Assembly (NCBI GenBank): GCA_016180035.1 | Contig: JACPCA010000012.1 | Coordinates: 1-12,366 of the forward strand | Direction: 5' to 3' | Source of the DNA: Candidatus Woesearchaeota archaeon | Lineage (GTDB): Archaea; Nanobdellota; Nanobdellia; Woesearchaeales; UBA12501 | Length of the DNA stretch: 12,366 bases | Shown: piece by piece, positions 1-7,859 of the stretch | Position numbering within the stretch: position 1 is the first letter of the stretch | Layout: every line of letters starts with the position of its first letter | The notes under the pieces: generated by a model | What the model was told of the DNA's origin: nothing | The model's input: only the letters and a program-made list of their open reading frames with translations | The model's database searches: none | Position numbers and translations under genes: made by a program

Positions 1-155
1 ACGCCCAGAAAAGCAATGGCTTTTCTTTCCGATACATTCGGAGAGTTGTACGAAAGAGGAAAGAAAAGACATTGTGAGGGAGGAAAAGCCATTGGCCTCA
101 ATGATGCTCTCCCTGCTTCAGGAAGCTGAAGTATTACGGAAAATCGTACAGGGGC

Positions 156-920
156 CTACTGCTTCTTTCCTTTCTTCATCCCCTCAAACGCCTTCAGTAT
201 CTCGAGCGGAACAGCAAACACCACGGTATTCGACTGGTCGCTGGACAGGTCATTGATGGATTGCAGCGTTCTCAGATGCAGCGCGCCTGGCGCTGCGCTG
301 AGGGTCTTTGCCGCCTTTGCCATGTTCGTTGACGCCACGACTTCGCCTTCTGCCTTGACGATAACCGCGCGTTTTTCACGCTCTGCCTCTGCCTCCTTGG
401 AGATGACGCGCTTCATGTCCTGCGGCAGCTCGATATCTTTTATTTCAATCTTCTGGACGTCAATGCCCCACTTGTCGGTCTGCTTGTCAACGATCTCCTC
501 GATCTTTTTGGAAATCATCTCGCGCTTCTGGAGGATGTCATCCAGCTCAAATTCTCCGACAATATTTCTCATCGTGGTCTGGGCAAGCTGGGAGACGGCA
601 TAATTGTAATGCTCAACTTCGAGAATGGACTTATCGGCAGCATTGACACGGTAGTACAGCACGGCATTCACGCGGATGGAAACATTGTCCTTGCTGATGC
701 ATTCCTGGCTTGGAACATCCACTGCCTTGACGCGCATATCGACCCGCTCCCAGCTTTGGATGAGGGGGAGGACGATACGCAAGCCTGGCCCCATGATGCC
801 GGCATATTTTCCAAGCGTAAACTTGACGCCGCGCTCGTACTCTTTGACGATCTTGAGGCATGATGCTATGCCGATGATGGCAACAACTGCCGTCAAGCTT
901 TCTACTCCGATGGGTGCCAT
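156..920 (-). CDS. SPFH/band-7 family protein (stomatin/prohibitin/HflC-like)
   Basis: Translation has an N-terminal TM helix (LTAVVAIIGIASCL) followed by an SPFH-like core (VKEYERGVKFTLGKY...PSQECISKDNVSIRVNAVLYYRV...TTMRNIVGEFELDDIL) and a C-terminal coiled-coil/charged tail. The track ORF begins at 983. I prefer the internal ATG at 920 (MAPIGVES), because 921-983 is the AT-rich promoter shared with the divergent gene. Stop at 156-158. Confidence 0.8.
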   Translation of the reverse strand: MAPIGVESLTAVVAIIGIASCLKIVKEYERGVKFTLGKYAGIMGPGLRIVLPLIQSWERVDMRVKAVDVPSQECISKDNVSIRVNAVLYYRVNAADKSILEVEHYNYAVSQLAQTTMRNIVGEFELDDILQKREMISKKIEEIVDKQTDKWGIDVQKIEIKDIELPQDMKRVISKEAEAEREKRAVIVKAEGEVVASTNMAKAAKTLSAAPGALHLRTLQSINDLSSDQSNTVVFAVPLEILKAFEGMKKGKKQ

Positions 921-992
921 AGGCTGGGGGAAGAATGACTGGTTTATAAATATTGAGATATATTTAAAAACTACTCCTTTCATTTGGGAATC
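921..992. promoter_or_regulatory. AT-rich bidirectional promoter region with TATA-like boxes for the divergent SPFH and TerC-like genes
   Basis: TTTATAAATATT at 943-954 and ATATATTTAAAAA at 958-970 lie about 25-30 bp from the ATGs at 920 (minus) and 993 (plus). This arrangement is consistent with archaeal TATA/BRE promoters and leaderless transcripts. Confidence 0.4.
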
Positions 993-1937
993 ATGGCTGA
1001 TATCATTCCCATGATTCTTACGGTGTTAGGCCTTGTGCTCTACGAGACTGTCAGCAGCGTCGACAATGCGGTCATCAATGCTGAAGTGCTGCGGACTATG
1101 TCCCAAAAGGCAAGACGATGGTTCCTGGTCTGGGGCATCCTGTTTGCTGTCTTTGTCGTCCGCGGCCTTCTGCCCTGGGTGATCATCTGGGCGACAACGC
1201 CAAACATCAGCTTCATGAATTCCCTGACCGCAACCTTCAGCTCGGATCCGCTGGTCATTGCCGCGATAGAGCAGTCTGCACCAGTGCTGCTGATGGGCGG
1301 CGGCGTGTTCATGCTTTTCCTCTTCTTCCACTGGCTGTTCATGGAGCCGAAGAATTACGGGCTTCATGCAGAACGATTCTTTCATGAGCAGTCTGTCTGG
1401 TTTTATGCGGTAGTATCCATCCTCCTGGCCAGCCTTGTCTGGTTCTCGATCAAGAAGAACCCGTTCATGGCCTTTGGAGCCGTGGTCGGCTCTACCGCGT
1501 TCTTCATCACCCACGGGTTCAAGCAGAATGCAGAGAAGGCAGAGCATGCCATGATGCACCACAAGCAGCACCTGTCGGACTGGAGCAAGATCCTGTATCT
1601 TGAAGTGATCGACTCCACGTTCTCGATCGACGGCGTCCTTGGCGCCTTTGCCTTTACCTTGTCTATCCCGCTCATCCTTCTCGGAAACGGCCTTGGCGCG
1701 ATTGTCGTCCGGCAGCTGACGGTCGGCAACATCCAGAACGTGAAAAAGTACAAGTACCTCAAGAACGGGGCGATGTATTCTGTCCTCGGGCTCGGCCTTG
1801 TCATGACAGTAGATGCGTTTGGATTCCACATTCCAAGCTGGGTGACGCCAGTTGTGACGTTTGCAATTCTCGGGTACTTCTTCTACCTGTCAAAGAAAGA
1901 GCTTGACCGCGCGAAACGTGCTGCACAGGGGCAATAG
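993..1937 (+). CDS. TerC/DUF475-like integral membrane protein (call by family resemblance)
   Basis: Polytopic membrane protein with duplicated acidic motifs in hydrophobic segments (SVDNAVINAEVL near the N-terminus; EVIDSTFSIDGVLGAFAFTLS in the second half), as in the TerC/DUF475 clan. The track starts at a TTG at 984. The ATG at 993 (MADIIPM) is more likely. Confidence 0.55.
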   Translation: MADIIPMILTVLGLVLYETVSSVDNAVINAEVLRTMSQKARRWFLVWGILFAVFVVRGLLPWVIIWATTPNISFMNSLTATFSSDPLVIAAIEQSAPVLLMGGGVFMLFLFFHWLFMEPKNYGLHAERFFHEQSVWFYAVVSILLASLVWFSIKKNPFMAFGAVVGSTAFFITHGFKQNAEKAEHAMMHHKQHLSDWSKILYLEVIDSTFSIDGVLGAFAFTLSIPLILLGNGLGAIVVRQLTVGNIQNVKKYKYLKNGAMYSVLGLGLVMTVDAFGFHIPSWVTPVVTFAILGYFFYLSKKELDRAKRAAQGQ

Positions 1938-1943
1938 AAACCG

Positions 1944-2339
1944 ATGGAAAAACAAAAACACCCGGAACGGTGGCTTCAGTATTTCCTGTCCATGCCGTTT
2001 ATCTATGCCATGATCATTCCCCTGGCCCTCCTTGACGCGTTTCTTGCAGTGTACCACCGCATCTGCTTTCCGTTGTATGGCATCTCTCTGGTCAAGCGAT
2101 CACACTACCTTCGTTTTGACCGGCATAAGCTCGCCTACCTCACACCATTGGAAAAAATAAACTGCACCTACTGCGGCTACGCCAATGGGCTTATCCAGTA
2201 CGCTGCCCGCATTGCGGGAGAGACTGAACGCTACTGGTGCGGCATCCGCCACAAGCAGGGCGGCGGGTTCGTCAATCCTCCGCACCACAAGGACTTTGTG
2301 CCGTACGGGGACGTGAAAGCGTTTGAGAAGAGGTATTGA
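1944..2339 (+). CDS. hypothetical small membrane protein with Cys/His-rich C-terminal half
   Basis: ATG lies 6 nt after the stop of the upstream gene, suggesting an operon. N-terminal hydrophobic helices (FLSMPFIYAMIIPLALLDAFLAVY) are followed by a CTYCGYANG...WCGIRH...PPHH segment that could bind metal. Confidence 0.55.
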   Translation: MEKQKHPERWLQYFLSMPFIYAMIIPLALLDAFLAVYHRICFPLYGISLVKRSHYLRFDRHKLAYLTPLEKINCTYCGYANGLIQYAARIAGETERYWCGIRHKQGGGFVNPPHHKDFVPYGDVKAFEKRY

Positions 2340-2390
2340 GAGTTTTGACAGAGGAAGGTGGTATTCAAAACTCTCTGTAGTTAAATCTAC
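2338..2390. terminator. hairpin pair between convergent genes (candidate bidirectional terminator)
   Basis: Perfect 11-bp inverted repeat GAGAGTTTTGA (2338-2348) / TCAAAACTCTC (2365-2375) with a 16-nt loop, then a small GTAG..CTAC hairpin and an A/T run (CAAAAATTT). It lies between the stop of the + gene (2337-2339) and the stop of the - gene (2398-2400). Confidence 0.4.
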
Positions 2391-2397
2391 CAAAAAT

Positions 2398-3105
2398 TTA
2401 CAATTTCTCTCCCTGAAGCGCCTGATACGCCTTCTCTGCCGATGTCTCCAGGCCGCAGTATTCTCTTGATTTGTCCAATGTCCAGTTTGTCGTCGGAGAA
2501 ATGAAGGGCGACATCAACGATGCGGCGACCATGCCATCCTTAATGCGTTCCAGATCAATATGGCCTTTCGTGATAAGCAGTGTTGTTGAGATGGCGGCGG
2601 CATACGTCGGGACCTGGAACGTGTAAAAAGCAAAGAAGTCAGCGGCAAATTGACGGCGCTTCGAGCTCTCCGTTGTTGTTTTTGTTATTTGGAAAACCAC
2701 GTCCCTATATTTTCCGTACACTCCGCCCGTCAGGCTGTTCCACACAAATGCAATTGTCCTATTCAGTGCAAGCCCGGTCGGTGTCATCCCTGCGCCAAAA
2801 ATGTCCAGAAACCCGCCGACAATGATGCTGTAAGCGTTCATGGACATCTTATCCGAGCGCTGCTGCGTTATCCTGCCAGAATCCCGCCAGGCCTGCGCGC
2901 GCTCGGCACCGACTGTGCTGTCTATCGTTAGCGTGCGGTTCCATGGCTGCTCATTGAGCTCATGCCATGCTTCTGCAGCAGTGCAGTATGCTCTCTGATA
3001 TGCATTCCTTGCCTTATCAACAATTGCTTCAAGCATGGGCTGCTGAAAAAGATGGTTGCTTATAAAAGTAATGGGCGAAATAGATAGCGGCAGATAGCTA
3101 TGCAT
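2398..3105 (-). CDS. hypothetical protein (possibly membrane-associated)
   Basis: 235-aa ORF immediately downstream of ftsY on the same strand (33 bp gap). Hydrophobic stretches (YSIIVGGFLDIFGAGMTPTGLAL; AAAISTTLLI). No family recognised. An alternative start is at 3036 (MLEAIVDK). Confidence 0.5.
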   Translation of the reverse strand: MHSYLPLSISPITFISNHLFQQPMLEAIVDKARNAYQRAYCTAAEAWHELNEQPWNRTLTIDSTVGAERAQAWRDSGRITQQRSDKMSMNAYSIIVGGFLDIFGAGMTPTGLALNRTIAFVWNSLTGGVYGKYRDVVFQITKTTTESSKRRQFAADFFAFYTFQVPTYAAAISTTLLITKGHIDLERIKDGMVAASLMSPFISPTTNWTLDKSREYCGLETSAEKAYQALQGEKL

Positions 3106-3138
3106 ATCACCATTAAATGATCATTATACAGCAGCCGC

Positions 3139-4554
3139 TCACAGTCCCAGATGCCCCAGGATCATGGAAGGCTTGAAAGGCGTTAGGTCGTCATACCCCT
3201 GCCCGGTTCCCAAGAAAAGGATCGGCTTTTTCGTGATGTACGATACGGACACGGCAGCGCCGCCTTTCTCATCGACATCAGCCTTGGCAAGGATGATCCC
3301 GTCGATGCTGATGGCGTCGTGGAACTGGCGCGCCTGCTCGACGCAGTCATTGCCCGTGATGCTCTCTCCGATAAAGATCTTGAGGTCTGGCTTCGTGACG
3401 CGGATGACCTTTTTCATCTCGTCCATCAGGTTGGTGTTGGAATGAAGCCTTCCTGCCGTGTCAACAAGAACAACATCAATCTGCTTTGACTGCGCGTACT
3501 TGATGGCATCGAAAGCGACGGCTGCAGGATCTGCGCCATAATCGTGCTTGATGAGCTTGATGCCGAGCTTGTCAGCGTGCTCTTCCAGCTGCTGGATGGC
3601 AGCAGCCCGGAACGTGTCGGACGCGCTGATCACGCAGCTCCGCTTATGCTTCTTGAGGTAGTGCGCCATTTTTGCGATCGTGGTGGTCTTTCCAAAGACG
3701 ATGACGTACGGCTTTTTCTTCTCTGCCATGGACAGGATGTCAATCAGAGGAACCTGAAAAAGGCTTGCCATGGACTGCCGCAACGTTTCTGTCACTGCCT
3801 CTTCGATCTTTCCCCTCGGCAGCTTGGTATCCACGAGCGCAGCCTTGAGATCGCCCTTGATCTTCTCGATGACCTCGACAGCGACATTATTTTCGAGAAG
3901 AGAGATTTCCAGCTCCCAGAAGAGCTCGTCAAACTTTTCTGAAGAAAGGGTTTTCTTGGTGACGGCGTCGGTGATCCTGGAGAAGAAGCCCTTTCCTTCT
4001 TGTTCTTTTTCTTCTGTTTCTTCTTGTTCTTTATCTTCCCCTTCAGCTACTTCTTGTTTTTTCTCTTCAGGCTCTTGCTGCCTTCCCTTCTCTTTCTTCT
4101 CTTTATGTTCTTCCTTCTCTTCTCCTGTTCCCTCTTCTTTTGCCGGCTCCTTTGCCGTGAAGCTCTCTTTGATGCGGGAGAAGAAGCCTTTTTTTGCGGC
4201 AACCGGCTCGGCAACTTGTCCGGGAACAGGCTTGGCAACCGGAACGGCGGCTGGTTCACGGCTTCCTTCTGCTGCCAGTGATGGCCCGCCATGATCGCTT
4301 ATTTCTTCCTGTTCCTTTTTTCCAACGTTCTTTTGTTCCTTTTTTTTCGCCAGAGTCGGAAGCGCACGTTCTTTCCCTTTTTGTCCTTTACCTTTTTGCT
4401 TTCGTTCTATTCTATCTTCCTTTTCTTTTTTCTCTTTCTTTTCTTTTTTTTCTGGCGCTGATTCTGCCTCTTTACTATCATCAGCTTCCTTGCTGACATC
4501 TTTAGAAAATGCAGAGATTGCCTTTTTCAGCTTGTCTTTGAGAAATCCAAACAT
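3139..4554 (-). CDS. ftsY: signal recognition particle receptor FtsY
   Basis: C-terminal NG domain with SRP-GTPase motifs (GKTTTIAKMAHYL; DTAGR; ...ILAKADVDEKGGAAVSV...PILFLGTGQGYDDL). The N-terminal ~270 aa is an extremely K/E-rich acidic A-domain (KEKKEKKEKED..., EEKEQEG...). Confidence 0.95.
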   Translation of the reverse strand: MFGFLKDKLKKAISAFSKDVSKEADDSKEAESAPEKKEKKEKKEKEDRIERKQKGKGQKGKERALPTLAKKKEQKNVGKKEQEEISDHGGPSLAAEGSREPAAVPVAKPVPGQVAEPVAAKKGFFSRIKESFTAKEPAKEEGTGEEKEEHKEKKEKGRQQEPEEKKQEVAEGEDKEQEETEEKEQEGKGFFSRITDAVTKKTLSSEKFDELFWELEISLLENNVAVEVIEKIKGDLKAALVDTKLPRGKIEEAVTETLRQSMASLFQVPLIDILSMAEKKKPYVIVFGKTTTIAKMAHYLKKHKRSCVISASDTFRAAAIQQLEEHADKLGIKLIKHDYGADPAAVAFDAIKYAQSKQIDVVLVDTAGRLHSNTNLMDEMKKVIRVTKPDLKIFIGESITGNDCVEQARQFHDAISIDGIILAKADVDEKGGAAVSVSYITKKPILFLGTGQGYDDLTPFKPSMILGHLGL

Positions 4555-4559
4555 GGGAA

Positions 4560-5030
4560 TCAGCCTCGGCCGCCTTCTTCAGTCGCCTCTTTATCTTTCA
4601 TAATGCTGCGAAACTCTGCTTCAAGCTCTTTGGTCTTTTTCTGGACTGCTTCGATCTGATCGTGAAGCTTGTCCCGGTACTGGCGAACCTCATCCATCTG
4701 ATTGCTGACCAGCTTTGCTGATGCTTCGATCGGCTTGGGAACAGCGACACCAGCGCCGACATTGACGATGACCTCTTTATTATCAAGAAGGGATGCCTTC
4801 GCAAAGATGCCGCCGCTGACCGGCACAAGGAGTTCTGTCCCTGGAGAAGCAGCGTTCAGCTCGTCAAGGCTGTTCTTGACCTGCTCCAGCTCGCTGATCT
4901 GCTGGTCAAATGCCCCCTGCTGCTCTTTTGCCTGCTTCATCTGCTGCAGGAGCATCTGGAGCTGGAAGTACTTCTGGCGAAACTGCTCTTCGTGCGCTTC
5001 TTTTTCCTTCTGGATGGTGTGCTTTGTCAT
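4560..5030 (-). CDS. pfdA: prefoldin alpha subunit
   Basis: Coiled coil / beta-hairpin / coiled coil architecture (LLVPVSGGIFAKASLLDNKEVIVNVGAGVAV between two heptad-rich helices). It sits immediately upstream of ftsY with a 5 bp gap, as in the conserved archaeal pfdA-ftsY linkage. I chose the ATG at 5030 (MTKHTIQ); the longer track ORF starting at 5150 would overlap aIF6. Confidence 0.8.
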   Translation of the reverse strand: MTKHTIQKEKEAHEEQFRQKYFQLQMLLQQMKQAKEQQGAFDQQISELEQVKNSLDELNAASPGTELLVPVSGGIFAKASLLDNKEVIVNVGAGVAVPKPIEASAKLVSNQMDEVRQYRDKLHDQIEAVQKKTKELEAEFRSIMKDKEATEEGGRG

Positions 5031-5073
5031 GCGTTGGCCTGTTCTCCCTGCTGCTTCCAGTTTTCCATACCGC

Positions 5074-5748
5074 TTATTTCCGATCCATAAATCCAAGAGC
5101 CTGGTCGATAAAGGTGATTTCTGGCCCGCCGCTGCGGTCGCCAACAACAAATCCCCTTGAATTGCAGATGATGCCGGACCGGATATACGGGCTTGCCAGA
5201 TTGACTGTCCCGGTCTCCGCTTTTGCCTCGAGGAGATCTTCGATATAGGCTATCTCTTCATCCGTGGCGTCGCGGTGGAGGAAGCAGGATGCTGCATTGG
5301 CAACGCCGCATGACCCAACAGTGGGAAGGCCTGCGATCAGTCCCGGCTTGAGCTTGACGTTCAATGCCTGCCGGATGCGCTTTTTCACGTCAGCGCTGAA
5401 TTCCGGATTTACCAGGCATCCCACATCGTTGCACAGGATATTATTGCCCAGCGCCGTCAGCTTGGTGGAGATGACCTGGTATGGTATCCCAAGACGGTCC
5501 AGCTCTGCCTTTTCTTCATCATGGATGACCCCTGGAACAAGCACAACCTGATTGTTTCCGGCGCAGAATGCCCCCACCAGCGACGTGCCGCAGATCGTTA
5601 CCCGGTGGACAGGAACCCGAAGGGCCTGTTCTATCTCCTTCGCCGTGTGGTTTGGAACCTCCCTGCCAAGCAGGCAGAAGGAATCATTGGCGAACCCGAA
5701 CAGGCCGACATTGGGATTGCCGTGGACACTGGTGATGACGATGTGCAT
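5074..5748 (-). CDS. eif6: translation initiation factor 6 (aIF6/eIF6)
   Basis: 224 aa from ATG at 5748 (MHIVITSVHGNPNVGLFGFANDSFCLLG...) with the pentein-repeat character of eIF6 (...SPYIRSGIICNSRGFVVGDRSGGPEITFIDQALGF). A TATA-like CTATATAAA (rc of 5771-5779) lies about 25 bp upstream. Confidence 0.85.
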   Translation of the reverse strand: MHIVITSVHGNPNVGLFGFANDSFCLLGREVPNHTAKEIEQALRVPVHRVTICGTSLVGAFCAGNNQVVLVPGVIHDEEKAELDRLGIPYQVISTKLTALGNNILCNDVGCLVNPEFSADVKKRIRQALNVKLKPGLIAGLPTVGSCGVANAASCFLHRDATDEEIAYIEDLLEAKAETGTVNLASPYIRSGIICNSRGFVVGDRSGGPEITFIDQALGFMDRK

Positions 5749-5764
5749 ACGTCTTCGACTCGGC

Positions 5765-5860
5765 TGTTCCTTTATATAGTTTTGGGGAAAAACTCGCATC
5801 GCTTTAAGCTTGTGGGCAAGTTTGCGGTGCAAGGCAGATAACAAGGCATATAAATAGTTC
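5765..5860. promoter_or_regulatory. divergent promoter region between aIF6 and the 5877 gene
   Basis: TTTATATAG at 5771-5779 serves the minus strand (aIF6 ATG at 5748). CATATAAATAG at 5848-5858 lies about 25 bp upstream of the ATG at 5877. Confidence 0.4.
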
Positions 5861-5876
5861 CCATCTTCCGCTGTCC

Positions 5877-6848
5877 ATGGGAAAGTTAGAACAGCCTGAT
5901 TTTGGGATTCAACGATTGCTGGAAATGTCAAAGGCGATCACGTTTATTGCTGACAAAGCGTTGGATGGCTCGGTGGATCTTGCTGCCGATCATCGCCAGG
6001 CTCTTGAAAGGTGCGATCTGAACAGGCCTCAACAGCGCAAGCTTGAAGGCATCGTTGCACGGCTTGGAAAAGCACAGCGGATTATCAGCCATTTGGCAGA
6101 ACGGTATGAGGTACGACCGTCTGGTGTGATTCGAGACAAGCGTGGATTGTATCAGGCAATGTACAATGACTTTCCATCAGGGCCGTTTTCTGCAAGGCCG
6201 CAATCATTTGTCATGGTGTTCTATGTGATTCCAGAAGATATGCATTCTGATTCAGCAGGCCTCACCATGTCATCGGAAATATTAGACGATCTTCTTGATT
6301 ATAATATTGGCCAGATTAGAAAAAGATCCCCCCAATACTGCTCTCTTGATGTTCTTGCCGCAAAGATCAGCCATCATGAGCTTGATGCCAAGAATGGGCA
6401 AGTAAGAGAATATGTCGGCCATGAAACAGGCCATGTTTTTTCGAACATATTAAACCCGCGCTTGTTGCCTTATTTTTCTGAAATCACTGCTGAACTCTTT
6501 GCCCGTGCGGACCTGTCAGCCCGTGATAAGCGTCATGCTATTGCTGAAGCAAAGGAGCTTCATAAGGATTGGGCTGCAGTCCACAAAAGAATGAGGAAGA
6601 GCACGCACTTGGCTGCCCGTTCAGAAATGAATAAGCAGTATGGGAAGGGGTATGGCGACGTTTCAAAATGCCTCGCTTCGCTGCCCCTTTCACGGTTTAG
6701 GAACGTTCTTGAAACAGGTCTCGACAGCAGGGTGCTCGGCGTAGCCATCACGCTGGTACCGTATCAGCAGGCCGAAACGCAGTTGAGGCGCATGACGCGC
6801 TACCTCCAAGAACATCCAGAAGAAGCAACATACGAAAAGCCGAGATGA
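5877..6848 (+). CDS. hypothetical protein with HExxH motif (possible zincin-like metallopeptidase), compositionally atypical
   Basis: 323-aa ORF with HETGH at about 6420-6434 and a glutamate 16 residues downstream (FSEITAEL). GC is about 40-45% and codon usage is AT3-rich (tta, aga, ata, gat, ttt), against about 58-68% GC and GC3-rich codons in the flanking aIF6 and scpA genes. Confidence 0.65.
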   Translation: MGKLEQPDFGIQRLLEMSKAITFIADKALDGSVDLAADHRQALERCDLNRPQQRKLEGIVARLGKAQRIISHLAERYEVRPSGVIRDKRGLYQAMYNDFPSGPFSARPQSFVMVFYVIPEDMHSDSAGLTMSSEILDDLLDYNIGQIRKRSPQYCSLDVLAAKISHHELDAKNGQVREYVGHETGHVFSNILNPRLLPYFSEITAELFARADLSARDKRHAIAEAKELHKDWAAVHKRMRKSTHLAARSEMNKQYGKGYGDVSKCLASLPLSRFRNVLETGLDSRVLGVAITLVPYQQAETQLRRMTRYLQEHPEEATYEKPR

Positions 6849-6884
6849 GAGTATTCCTATAATCGGATTCTTATAACGGTATTC

Positions 6885-7655
6885 TTAATACACCTCTCCC
6901 AATTCCTTCTCGATCTCCTTGTCAATGTTCTGCTTGAGGACCTTGACGTCGATCTCGCCGAAGGGAACTTCCTGCTCAAGGTCGATCTTGCGCTGGTTGG
7001 TCAGGTGGAGAAGCGGAATGAAGGTGTAGATCTTTCCGTGCTTGTCGCTCTCCTTGCCGACCAGCTGGTTGAACGTGATCTTCTTTTCCTCGTCCTTGCG
7101 GAATATGGTAAGGATCCTGGCGTACACCTTTCCCATAATCTCGTTGATGTCGATCTTCTTGGTCGGCAGCTCCAGCTTGATAAGGGAAGGAATGCGGAGC
7201 TTCCGCCGTTTTTCAACCTCCAAGGCCTTTTCAAGCGCGCTGATGAGGTCATAGATGGACACTTTCCGCTTTCTCGGCTGCGGCGTCTTGGGAATCAGCC
7301 GCAAGCCCTTGTACCTGCTGCGGTCAAAGGGCTGGCCAGGCTGTCCGGTATCATCGGCAAGCAGGGCCTGCTCGTCCGTGCCGGCAAGGAGGCCGTCGAA
7401 TTGGGCAATATCCTCTTCCACCAGCCGGTTGGACTTGATACGGAGAAGAATGGCAGCGGCAAGGACGACCTTGCCAGAAATCCGAAGATTAGCTTCCTTC
7501 ATCTCCTTCAGCATCTTGATATACTGCTTCGTCAGCTCAGAGATGTCAATGTCCCAGGGATCCATCTCTTCACTCTTGACCAGGTCGAGAAGAAGGGACT
7601 TCCATGTGATCTCATCTTCCTGAAAGAGGATCGTGAAGATCTTGTCATGCATCAT
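6885..7655 (-). CDS. scpA: segregation and condensation protein A (ScpA kleisin)
   Basis: N-terminal ScpA signature (MDPWDIDISELTKQYIKMLKEMKEANLRISGKVVLAAAILLRIKSNRL) and a C-terminal winged-helix-like region. The ATG at 7655 (MMHDKIF) is preferred over the 7790 track start. TATA-like TATTTAAAG at 7678-7686 sits just upstream on the minus strand. Confidence 0.85.
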   Translation of the reverse strand: MMHDKIFTILFQEDEITWKSLLLDLVKSEEMDPWDIDISELTKQYIKMLKEMKEANLRISGKVVLAAAILLRIKSNRLVEEDIAQFDGLLAGTDEQALLADDTGQPGQPFDRSRYKGLRLIPKTPQPRKRKVSIYDLISALEKALEVEKRRKLRIPSLIKLELPTKKIDINEIMGKVYARILTIFRKDEEKKITFNQLVGKESDKHGKIYTFIPLLHLTNQRKIDLEQEVPFGEIDVKVLKQNIDKEIEKELGEVY

Positions 7656-7778
7656 TGGCGAATCAGTGGCTGGATAGTATTTAAAGATTGTGAAATGAAT
7701 GATTGCCGGGGAGCGACGGAGCGGCAATGCTGCAACAACCATCTTGTCTCTGCGAATATCTTGATACCACCCCGATAC

Positions 7779-7841
7779 AGTCTCAGACAAGTATCAGTCT
7801 TAGTCTCTTGTTTAGTCTTAGTCTCACTGTTTGTCTGAGAC
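7779..7841. repeat. nested inverted repeat enclosing a tandem 12-mer
   Basis: GTCTCAGACAA (7780-7790) is the perfect reverse complement of TTGTCTGAGAC (7831-7841). Inside, AGTCTTAGTCTC occurs twice (7796-7807 and 7814-7825), and GTCT tetramers are enriched throughout. Confidence 0.7.
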
Positions 7842-7859
7842 AAAATACCCTCGCAGACA

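Noticed and set aside
1-155. Possible incoming gene end or terminator (hairpin GAAAAGCAATGGCTTTTC at 8-25 followed by a T-rich run)
   Set aside because: There is too little sequence to decide. A 42-codon open frame enters from the left edge, but its codon usage is unremarkable. I note it only as a possible terminator hairpin of low significance.
74-603. Small + strand ORFs 74-256 and 253-603
   Set aside because: They overlap and are antisense to the SPFH gene, and they contain no recognisable motifs.
984-992. TTG start at 984 for the membrane protein, and ATG at 983 for the SPFH protein (back-to-back overlapping starts)
   Set aside because: Both are upstream extensions into the shared AT-rich TATA region. 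The internal ATGs at 993 and 920 give sensible N-termini and leave room for the promoter.
1026-1829. 267-aa minus-strand ORF
   Set aside because: It is antisense to the TerC/DUF475-like membrane protein gene. The product is an R/D/E-rich low-complexity shadow.
4000-4496. F/L-rich + strand ORFs (FFFFCFFLFF...)
   Set aside because: They are antisense reading of the K/E-rich (AAG/GAA-repeat) A-domain of ftsY. The translation is a poly-F/L artefact.
5031-5150. Longer prefoldin ORF starting at 5150
   Set aside because: It would overlap the 3' end of aIF6 by 77 nt and add a non-conserved 40-aa leader. The ATG at 5030 gives a typical ~156-aa prefoldin alpha.
7005-7838. 277-aa + strand ORF
   Set aside because: It is antisense to the ScpA gene, whose translation shows the kleisin N-terminal signature. 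The + strand product has no recognisable features.
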